The position numbers and the translations under genes were made by a program. Positions 11,760-22,626 of a stretch of DNA of 64,000 bases are shown piece by piece. The DNA comes from Azolla caroliniana (lineage: Eukaryota; Plantae; Polypodiophyta), in the NCBI GenBank assembly GCA_043228905.1, contig JBHGNT010000021.1, forward strand, positions 6,696,001 through 6,760,000, written 5' to 3'. Below the pieces are notes generated by a model that worked only from the letters and a program-made list of their open reading frames with translations, did not search any database and was not told where the DNA came from. Each line of letters begins with the position of its first letter. Positions within the stretch are counted from its first letter, which is position 1.

Positions 11760-14700
11760 AACACTGGGACGTTTGAAACAGGTAATATGTCGCATTTTGA
11801 GAACTGTCCATCAAAAAATGACACAAATTAGGGTGATTCACAAAAAGGGGTGTCGCATGCGTAAAGGATTTTAAAAAATAACCCAAAAATATATTGATTT
11901 CTAGCCTGTACGAAAATTTAGGTGTTCAAAAAAATGCCTAAATAATGGACATGCAAAACTTACAAATGAATGTCCAAAATGACTAACACCAATATTTATA
12001 GAAATTCATGAACACAAATCTTGATGTACAATACAATATTTACAGTTAACATATCAGGAAAATCGTTTTCCAAGTTTATGCCATCATCTTCATACCCATT
12101 AGATGAACTAGTATGAGTTTATGAGGTCTCATCCTCATCATCAATGGCAACTAATGCATTGTCTTCATTCAATTGCAATCCAACCTCATCGAGGTTATGA
12201 GTCATGCTTCTTGTTTGTCGTTGTGTTGTGTCTAAAGCCACATTCAAGATCCTCTTTTAGTATCTTCATTGTGGTCTATCGCATATAACTTGTTTTGGTC
12301 AAAGATAAGTCATACACTAGTATATAAACATTATCCAATGTAAGAGTAGATGTGCTTGATGCATTCTTTCTTCTTCATTTTTTGGTTATGATATTTAATT
12401 ATGTACTTTCTATTTACGATATTTGATTATGTGAGAGAAACCTTCTACCAAAATCATTAGAATCTAAAAAATGTTGTAAAGATGTTTTTTCGATTTTCTT
12501 AGATTCTCATAGTAAGTCTATGATGTCAAACAGAAATCCGATTCATTCCATTTAGATCTGATGCACTATGTCGAATTTTACTCTATACATCTAGAATTTG
12601 ATGTAGCGCATCAGATCCCTATTGTAAGTCTTGAATTTTTTTTTTAAATTCCATTAAAAAAATACTCGTGCATTTTCAACTGAGACATAATGCATTGCAT
12701 CGAATTCTAGCTATATAGACTAAAATATGATAAACTGCATTGGATTTCAGTTGGAAATCCGTTTTCAAAATATCTTTAAAAAATTAAAAAAATAAAAAAA
12801 TGGATTTTCAACAGAAATCCGATGCACTGCATCGGATTTCAGTTGAAAGTTCACTTTTTTTATTTGCTTCCAGATTTTCTTATTTTTTAAAATTTTTTAT
12901 TTTTCCAATAAATAAATAAATTAATATTGAAAAAATGGATTTTTAGCTGAAAATCCACTTTTTCTTATTCGTTTCCAAAGTTTTTTATTTTTTGAAATCG
13001 CTTTGTATTTTTTTATTTTCCCCATAAATAAATAGATAAAAATTGAAAAAATAGATTTTCAATGGAAATTTGATGTAGTTAAAAGTCCATTTTTTCTTAT
13101 TTTTTGAATTTGTTTTGTATTTGTTTTGTTTTGTATTTATTCTTCCCATAAATAATTAAATAAAGAATAAAAAATGGATTTTCAATGGAAAACCAATGCA
13201 TTGCATCGGATTTCAGTTGAAAGTCCAATTTTTCTTTTTTCTTCTGAATTTTCTTATATTTTGAATTTGTTTCGAATTGTATTTGATTTTTATTTTTTTG
13301 CATAAATAAATAAATAAAAATTGAAAAAATGGATTTTCAACAAAAATCCGATGCACTGCATCGGATTTCAGTTCAAACCCCACTTTTTCATATTTGTTTC
13401 CAAATTTTCTTATTTTTGGAAAAAGTTTTGTATTTCTTTTAAAAAAAAAAATTCCTATAAATAAATAAAAATTGAAAAAATGGATTTTTAATGGAAATCC
13501 GATGCAATGCATCGGCTTTTAGTTGAAAATCAACTTTTTCTTATTTGTTTTCAAAAGAAATTATTTTTTTATTTTTTCCATAAAAAATGTTAAAAATAAA
13601 ACAATCATGGATTTCCAATTGGAATCCGATGCCTGTTCGAAATCGATGATTTCTTTTATTTTCTTATATAATGTTCGTGACTTTGTCCATTAAAAATGAT
13701 GTAATGTGGATTTTCAATTGGAATTCGATGCAGTGCATCAGATTTCAGTTGGAAATCTATATTTTTTAATATTTTTATTTATTTATCAAAAAAATGAAAA
13801 ACAATTGAAAAGAAAAAGGATTGTCAGCTAAAATTTGATGCACTACATCAATGTCTAGCTGTATAGACTAAAATCCGATGCAGTGCATCTGATTTCCGTT
13901 GAAAACCCATTTTTTATTATTTTTTATATGGAAAAAAAAAATTAAAAAAAGAAAAAAGAAAAAAGGATTTTCAACTTTAATCCAATCCATTGCATTGGAT
14001 TCTAGCTGTATAGACTAAAATACAATGTAGTGCATCGTATTTTAGCTGAAAATCCATTTTTTTTTTTTTATGGATTTCTTTTTAATAACAAAATTTAAAA
14101 AAATCTTGGATTTTAAACTGAAATCCAGTGCATTGCATTGGAATCCCGTTGAAAATCAAACGTTTTTTTTTTCAAATTTTAGCTGAAAATCCATTTTTTA
14201 TTTTTTATGGAAAAAAAATAAAAAAATGAAAACAAATGTTGGATTTTGAATTGAAATGCAGTGCATTGCATTGGATTCCAGTTGAAAATCCAAGGTTTTT
14301 TATTTTTTCAAATTTTAGCTGAAAATCCATTTTTTATTTTATTATGGAAGAAATTTTAAAACTTAAAAAGTTTAAAAAAATCTTGGATATTGAACTGGAA
14401 TCCAATGCATTGCAATGCATTGGATTCCAATTGAAAATCCAAGGTTTTTTATTTTTTCAAATTTTATCCAGTTGAAAATCTGATATAGTGCATCGGATCC
14501 TAAATGTGGATCTAGACACAACTCAAAGACAAACAAGAATCATGACTTAGAACCACGATGCATTGCATCGGATTATACTCTATACATCTAATATCTAATG
14601 CAGTGTTGTTGTAAGTGTTGGATTTGCAACAAAAATGCAATGCATTACATCAGATTTAAAAATATACAAAATTTCCCCTAGCTTTCTTAGTTAGACCTCC

Positions 14701-15329
14701 ATTTTCTGTAGTTTTCATGACATTTTTTTGCTAAGAAATACTCATTTTATGGGAACTATTCAATCTTTCCATGTAACCACAAACTCCAAACATAAGTTCA
14801 AAATGCAAATTAAAAACCAAATATGTGGACTACTTACGGTCCCTTCTTCCATGGTAATGCATCTTGGTCTGAAACAAAGTTACAATAGGTTGTTTCTGAA
14901 ATAAAGTTCTTAACATGACAACAAGTTGAGAACAATGGTCTACATTTTGAGACAAATCAATAACAGAGTGGGTTGCATTTAATACTAAGAGACACATTCT
15001 ATATAAATAGAAATAAATTATGCATTGTAAAATTTGTTCAATGGGGTACCATTTTCATCATTTGTAAAATCGGGGTTAATACAATTAAGCTTACATGGAA
15101 TTCCATTCCTTATCTCCAAATTGGATAAAAGAACATGATAGATGGAATATGAAAGTATTAACTTTCTTGTCATGAAAATAATTAGTTGAGAATTTTGGTA
15201 TGTTTTAAGAAACCATGTACGCATGTGTCATACCATCGTAAAATTGTGTTGAAATGAGCCATTTTTTAACATCTCCCAGAAGTAAAAAAGAGAACACGAC
15301 ATATTACTTGTTTCAAATGTCCTAGTGTT
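11760..15329. mobile_element. Non-autonomous TIR DNA element with an internal palindrome array
   Basis: ~33-bp imperfect TIRs AACACTGGGACGTTTGAAACAGGTAATATGTCG / CGACATATTACTTGTTTCAAATGTCCTAGTGTT, flanked by CTTC on both sides. Confidence 0.75.
12530..14660. repeat. Array of ~20 palindromes (GGATTTTCAAC.GAAATCCGATGCA.TGCATCGGATTTC.GTTGAAAATCC) separated by A/T-rich linkers
   Basis: Best copies at 12801-12850, 13330-13380, 13480-13530 and 14385-14441. Confidence 0.9.
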
Positions 15330-15622
15330 CTTCCTCGAAGGTTGCAGATCGCGTGAATTATGCAGTATACACCCATCATGAATCGATCTCGTGAAACATT
15401 CAATGCATCCACCTTAATGTTTGTGTCTAACATGCTTGACATAAATGATGATTCCCAGCCTTCTTTGTTTCCTTATTGCTATTGCGGTCTATAATCCCAT
15501 TGCCTTTTCCATTACAATCAACCTCCTAAATGTAAATCAATAGAAACAATTAAATTTTCACGAACGGGTGGAATGAGGCTAAGTACTAAGAGAGAGCGAA
15601 AGCATAAGCAAGATCACAAGAT

Positions 15623-18600
15623 TGTCAAGGAAAAGTAGACGAGGCTCAATATTAAGAGATAGCGGGAGAGAGGAAATACAAACAAACAAGAACTGTATAT
15701 GCTTTTGTAACTGGTGTTGTTCACCTTGATTGTAATCAAGGTGCACCCCAGTATTTATACAAGAATGTGGAGGTATGCATGAAAGCTAGAAGACTTCTAG
15801 AGAGTGCATGGAAACTTCTAGAGAGTGCATGAAGATGCATTCTCTACAAGGTTCTTGAAAGTTCTAGTGATCAATCTATAATGAAATAAGTTGAGTCTTA
15901 CACAATTATGCAATAATGCATAGATGGATGTAGCTCAATTGGTAAGGTTGCCCAATAAGATCATAAGTTCATGGGTTCAACCCCCACCATTCTATGTGGC
16001 ATCCTGTCTATGACACTATCTTCCCTCTAAGGCCGCCTCCTTAGACCCGCGGCCGGTTTTTGTGGATAACGTTCATGAAATGCTTGAGATGATGTGTCGG
16101 CTCCCATGTTGCTTCGGAGATCAGATACCCTTTCCAGAGGACAAGGTATTGAAGCTGGCGACGGAAGAGTCGAGAATTTGGTCGACCTCATATTCTTCTC
16201 CGGTTGAGAGCTGGATTGATGGTGGAGGAGATGGGTGTCGACCGGGGATTTTAGATATATGGCGAGGTTCTAGAAGGGAGACATGGAATACATTATGAAT
16301 ACGAAAGTGGGATCGTAGCTCTAAGCGGACAGCCATGGAACCAATTTTCTCAATGATTCGGAAAGGGCCTGACTTCTTGTAATCAAGCTTTGGACAAGGA
16401 CGAGTGGTGGCAATATTGCGGTGGAAAAGCCAAACAAAGTCTCCTACCTCGAACTGGGGAGCATCTAAGCGATGACGGTCAGCTTGCTCCTTGTACCTTT
16501 CGCCAGCGAGGGTGAGCTCCAAGGAAAGATCACGATGTACATCCTCCAAGAGACGTGCCCAGTCCTCCGCAAAAGGATTGACAGAGCCAGAGGGAAGCGA
16601 AATGTTGAAGCGGGGGTGAGACCGTAGTTGGCGAAAAATGGAGTAACTCCCGTAGATGCATGTAGAGAGTTGTTGTAGGCGAACTCAGCAAGTGGGAGAA
16701 GGTCAACCCAGTTGTCTTGTTGGTAACTAAGAGAGCACCGCAAGTATTGTTCCAAGATTTGGTTAACCCACTCCGTTTGTCCATCGGTTTGCGGATGATA
16801 AGCAGAAGATAGATTCACCGTACAACCGAAGGTTTGCAGAAGGCACCGCTAGAAATTAGAAACAAATTGTGGTCCTCGATCTGAAGTGATATTGTTCGGG
16901 AGTCCATGTAGTCGAACCACATTTTTGAAAAACAAATCGGTTGTCTCCTCTCCGGTAATGGTTTTGGCACACGGAGCAAAATGAGCCATCTTGGTGAAGC
17001 GATCGACCACGACAAATATTGAGTCATAACCACCAACAAAGGGAAGGTCAATGATGAAATCCATGGAAAGAGAGGCCCAAGGCCATTTGGGGATTGGGAG
17101 AGGGCGAAGGAGACCATATGGTCGATGATGAGATGCTTTAGAGTGAGCACAAACGTCGCATGACTTAAGGAACTCTTTGACCAATTTCCATGGTTGTGGC
17201 CACTAGTATCCCCGAGATATCAACTCCAAGGTTTTCGCAACGCCAAAAAGACCAACAAGTGGATCATCGTGACACTCGTGAAGCACCCTTGTCCGACAAG
17301 GACCTTCTCGGACATTCAAAAGATTATCTCAAAACAAAAGATTATCCTGAATTGTAAAACGAGCTAAATCAGGTCTTTTGGGTTCATGGGAGGGGTTTGT
17401 GTTACTTGCCTTGACCTCTGTGGCGAACTTGTCAGTCGTAGTGGCTTCTGCTATTTGCTTGAGCAAAGAGTCATCTTGGAGCAAGCAAGTCGTGAAGTTG
17501 TAGAATTGGTTAGGCTTTAACAAACTTTGGGACTATTGAACATAGGCTTCATCCTCTAGAGTGAGCTCGAACTCAGATCGACGGGATAAGACATCGGTCG
17601 TCGTGTGTTCAGCGCCGAGTCAAAAGATTATCTCAAAATCATATTCTGCCAAGAAGGTCGACCATCACGCTTGTCTACGATTTAATGTTCATGTGGTAGA
17701 AAAGTATATTAGATTTTTGTGATCGGTAATCACTTGGATACGGTGTTGTGCCCCAGCTAAATAGGGTCTCCATTCTTCAAAAGCAGCAATAATAGCGAGA
17801 AGCTCCTTGTCGTATATGGGGAAGTTGATTTCTGGGGCAGTGCATTTGCGGGAGTAGTAAGCCACCGGGTGAAGCACACCGACCTCATCTAGTTGGGAGA
17901 GGATCGCCCCAATGGTGAAATCGGAAGCATTTGTTTCGACTTGGAAAGGCTTAGTTGGGTCAGGATGTAAAAGGACTGGTGCCATAGTAAAGGCTTGTTT
18001 CAGCAAGTCGTACGCCTTTTGGGCAGATGTTGTCCATTCGAAAGTAGCATCCTTGCGGGTAAGAGCAATGAGAGGTTGTGCGATCACTAAGAATCCTTTG
18101 ATGAAGCGACGATAAAAATTGGCAAAACCAACGAATGATTTCACATCTCGTACCCAAGTTGGGACAACCCACTCTTGGATAGTCTTGACTTTCCATGTGT
18201 CCATTGTGATTCCCTGTGTCGAAATGACATACCCAAGAAACTCTACAGAAGTATGATCAAATTCACATTTTTCACTTTTAGCATAGAGTCTGTGTTCACG
18301 AAGTTTGGCGAGGACTAACCTGACATGTCGAATATGCTCCTTGATGTTCGAAGAGGAGACCCAAGATATCATCTAGATAGATCACAACAAAGTGATCTAG
18401 ATATTCTCAGAATATGTCATTCATCATATGTTGCAATACTGCAGGAGCATTAGTGAGGCCGAAAGGCATTACCTTATACTCGAAATGTTTGTAGCGCGTT
18501 CTAAAGGCGGTTTTCCATTCATCTCCAGGTTTGATCCGTACCAAATTGTATGTTCTCCATAGGTCAATCTTGGAGAAGATCTTCCCAGTCCGGAGTCGAT

Positions 18601-19109
18601 CCAACAGCTCTAGGATGAGAGGCAGTGGGTAGCGGTTGCGAACAATAATCTTGTTTAGACCCCGATAGTCGACACAAAGGCATAAGGATCTATCTTCCTT
18701 TTTCACGAACAAAATAGGAGCTCCTAATGGCGATTTTGAGGGTTGAATAAAACCCTTTTCAAGGCTCTCGTCGAGATAAGTTCAGAGTGCCTGGAGTTCT
18801 GGTTCTGACAACCCATAAATTGGGCCAAAGGGAGAACTGGCACCCTCAATTGGACAACCGGGAATTTGTGTTTACGAACGAACCTTTCGTCCATAAAACA
18901 CGTTGTTTCCCCGGAATCTAGAAGTGGTAAGGATCTAATTGAAATCGAAGGTTCTTGAAAGTTCTAGTCATCAATCTATAATCAAATAATTTGAGTCTTA
19001 CACAATACAATAATGCATAGATGGATGTAGAATTGGTAAGGTTGCCCAATAAGACCAGAAGGTCATGGGTTCAACCCCCACCATTTCATGTGGCATCTTG
19101 TCTATGACA
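15623..19109 (-). mobile_element. Ty3/gypsy chromovirus, Tcn1/Tf2-like; gag and part of the 5' LTR deleted
   Basis: RT ([14 protein letters not shown]), RNase H (ETNASDF, YDKELLAI), integrase ([18 protein letters not shown]), chromodomain (EEYEVDQILDS). 3' LTR 15623-16015; PPT on minus at 16016-16030; 5' LTR remnant ~18948-19109. No matching TSD found. Confidence 0.9.
15925..15992 (+). ncRNA. tRNA-like Pol III cassette in the Tcn1-like LTR (second copy ~19022-19087)
   Basis: TAGCTCAATTGG A-box; GGGTTCAACCCC B-box/T-arm; GGATG/CATTC acceptor-like pairing; anticodon arm degenerate. Confidence 0.6.
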
Positions 19110-20158
19110 TAAACATGGCAACGAGGATATTTGTTTTGATGAGCCTTATGTTATGATTTTTACAAACCTTGAGTTCTTTGCATATTTAACAACCAATTCT
19201 TGAAAAGCATAAATTGACCATAACTATATAATATATTTTGCAAAAAAAAACCAAAAATCTATATATAACATACCAAAAAGTTTATTCATATTTCTTCAAG
19301 AAGTTATTTTTTTTAGGGAAAATTTTTAAAATGTGATAGACTTATTATTTTACCGCAAACATTTGGGGGTACTTTTAGTCGAAAAGGTGATGTACATTAA
19401 ATATACCTATTTTTATAGGATGACAAGGCAACTTCAAGCAACCTCCTACCTTGAACACTTTCGCTTTGTGTCCTTCTCAGTTATAGCCTTTCATGCACAC
19501 CCTCTTAAGTGGGAGATAACAACAAAATAACATGGCACCATAGATTAACACAAATTTTATGGATAGAGAGTCGATAGACAATACAAGTAAATACTTTTCT
19601 ATATTATATATTATACACAATTATCCCTCATCAAGAAACTCGCCCTTTTTGGGGGGATTTAGTGGCTTCAATTATATTAGTAACGCACAATCATGTGTAG
19701 TAGGTATAGTAATATCTCCTTGCAATGCAATGTGTTGTACTGTACTTCTAGAATTATGGTTTATTAAAAAACCCCGCGTAAGTTGTTGGCAATATAATTC
19801 CATATTTCCCTTGGTATGTATTCTCTTATCATTAGAATGGGCAAACTCTACTAGCCCCCAATGTAGGACTTGTGAGAGGAGTTCGACCCAGAATTCGTGT
19901 TAAACAAAAAGAGAGCAAATCCGCTTGTGGTGCGATTATCTGCGAACGTGCACATATATATACTATATATACACACGATCGTGAAATGTGAGGCTACACA
20001 CACACACACATATATATGTATATATGTATGTATGTATGTATATGTACGTATAAGGCTAGAGTGATCGGAAAAAGGAGTAGTTGCTAACCACGGAAATGAT
20101 TACTCAACACAGAAGATTAGTAAAAAAATGTAGTCATCCAATAGTACTACTACTGGCT

Positions 20159-20161
20159 ATA

Positions 20162-20216
<55 letters not shown>

Positions 20217-20262
20217 CTATGTATCTATGTATCTATGTATCTATGTATGTACATGTATGTAT
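20159..20262. repeat. (TA)n and (TATGTATC)n microsatellite
   Basis: Read directly. Confidence 0.9.
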
Positions 20263-21497
20263 ATTTAGTGTTGGGAATATGAGACTGAGTTGGGATGATT
20301 TAAACTTCAAACACAATTAACACTTGATGAAACCACAAGACGAAAATGAGAGTACACCAAAAATTTTAACGTGGAAAACCCAAAGTAGGGAAAAACCACA
20401 GGAACCGTAGGTTCCAAACAACTTCACTATAATTTTGAGTACAATGGAATATGACCTCACTAGAGGAGTATATCTACCTCAAGGCAATGGCCTTGGTTAC
20501 AACCTTCACCCAATCAGGTGGATAGAATAACAAAGATTACAAATTGAGTACGACCTCTCTAGGTTTTGACTAGAGGAACATACAAACCTCAAGGCAACAG
20601 CCTTGGCTACATAATAGCGAATACAACTGAGTACAAACTCTCTAGGTTTTGACTAGAGAGAATGTACTAGCCTCAAGGCAACAACCTTATCTACAATCTT
20701 CACCCGATCGGGTGGATACAACAATGATAAGCACAAGAAATGTGCTAACCTCAAGGCAACAGCCTTGGCTACAATCTTCACCCAATTGGGTGGATACAAC
20801 AACAATAACCACAAGAAATGTGCTAGCCTCAAGGCAACAGCCTTGGCTACGATCGTCACCCGATTGGGTGGATAAACCAAGCAAATAACCTTACAATTCT
20901 TCACCCAACTGGGTGGATGGAAAAACAAGAAAAATAAGAAACAAGAAAACAACACAAAACGAAGGAACCTAAAGCGAGTAGGTAGGAGAGGTGTTGCACA
21001 GTCGTTGTTCTCTGTTAGCACGACCAACTCCTCACATGTCTCTGTCTCCTTCACTTCCGTAGAATGCTCTTCCTCTTGTTCTCTTTCGTTTTCTGTTTTC
21101 TTCTCTATTTTCTGTTTTTCTGTTTTCGCTCTATGTACGCAGAAAAATCAAGTCCCACTGTCGTGAAGATTTCTGGCTACAGTGAGAAACTCGGGTAGGA
21201 CAAATAAAATGGGGATGTGCAACATTGCACATGCACTTGTAACTTTGTATAATGAGAAAAAGATAACAAAATGTAAGGGGAAGGGTAATAATCTAAGGTG
21301 CTAAAGGTGCACCATGAGGTTCGTAGAGGCATAAAGGTGATGTGCACTTTGTAGACTAGAGGAAAGTACATGAAGAATGGGTGTAGGGAGTAGTGAGCTC
21401 TTGTAAAAAGTAAGAGAGAGGAGAGATAAAAAGTAGAGGGGAGACAATCTAAGAATTTATAGACATAGAATTATATATTATATAAGAGAGAGTTAAT

Positions 21498-21558
21498 GGG
21501 CTAGTGGATAGTCACATTGACTTTTAGCTAGAGGTGCACGGTTCAAATCTAGTCTTCC
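21498..21558 (+). ncRNA. tRNA-like A/B-box cassette in the 5' LTR
   Basis: GGCTAGTGGATAG ... GAGGTGCACGGTTCAAATC, followed by a T-run. Confidence 0.45.
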
Positions 21559-22096
21559 AATGCAACGTGATTTAAGGAATTTTATTACTTTTTTGCATTA
21601 AAGACGAAATTGGTGACCCCCCTTCCTTTTTTCCTATAAAAGGCGGTCGAGGGGGGCTCATTAGAGAGGACGTTTTAGAAGGAGGAGACTATCGCCATTT
21701 TACCTTCAGAGCTCTTCATCATCTTCTTCACCACTTCTCTTCATCTCATACCCCTTCATCCCCATGTGCTCGTCTTCTTTGCGTCAGCACTCGAAGTGCT
21801 CGTGAGCCCAAGCTTCGTTGTTTCGACCTTGCTTCGCCCCGTTCATCGTTGCGAGCCTGTGTGCTCGCCGTTCAAGTGGTCGTGGTTCGTTGGATTTTGC
21901 ATTTTGGTGGTGCTCGTGTGTTCGTCTTCGCCGTGTTCGGATTTGCTCTTGTCTCTAAGGGCATTTAGTATTTATGTTTTGATTGAGCTGGTGGTTAACT
22001 AGAAGTTGCCATTGTAATCAAACCCTATTTTATAAAGGGTCCTCTTGCGTTGGAATCGAACACGTATTTATTTCTTTGGCCAATATCATTCGTGTT

Positions 22097-22136
<40 letters not shown>

Positions 22137-22398
22137 TGTTCGTGTCTTCCTTGTACATTCGGTCGTCTTGTGACGAGGGAGTGTTTCGGGCGTGCCCATG
22201 CACCTCTCCTCCTCATAAAGACGTACAGGCATTCGTGTTTGTGTTATCATCCCCTTGTGTGTTCATCTTGCGTGCTCATCTTTGCTTGTACCCGTTTGAT
22301 CACTTGGCTCGTGCGGTGAACTCGAAAGGTCGACGAGTCGTGATCAACGAAAGCCACCGACCTCACAAAACAAAGGGCAATGAGCCCTTGTTCAGGAA

Positions 22399-22626
22399 GG
22401 GTTCGTAGAGTGGGTTCATAGAGAAGATTCGTAGAGTGGGTTCATAGAGAGTATTTGTAGAGTGGGTTTGTAGAGAGGATTTGTACAGAGGGTTCGTAGA
22501 GTGGGTTCGTAGAGAGGGTTCATAGAGTGGGTTCATAGAGAGGATTCGTAGAGTGGGTTCATAGAGTGGGTTCATAGAGAGGATTCGTAGAGAGGATTCG
22601 TAGAGTGGGTTCGTAGAGTGGGTTCG
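22399..22626 (+). repeat. 13-bp minisatellite (GGGTTCGTAGAGT variants) in the LTR; also at 25741-25910 and 35221-35425
   Basis: Read directly. Confidence 0.9.

Noticed and set aside
12530-14660. CRISPR-like array of palindromic repeats with spacers
   Set aside because: Linkers are low-complexity, mutually similar and variable in length; there are no cas genes; the context is eukaryotic and enclosed by transposon TIRs
15925-15992. Functional tRNA gene
   Set aside because: Anticodon and D arms do not fold canonically and the module is duplicated as part of LTRs; called tRNA-like only
22399-22626. GGTTCG-containing minisatellite as an array of Pol III B-boxes
   Set aside because: GTTCGTAGA does not match the GTTCRANNC consensus
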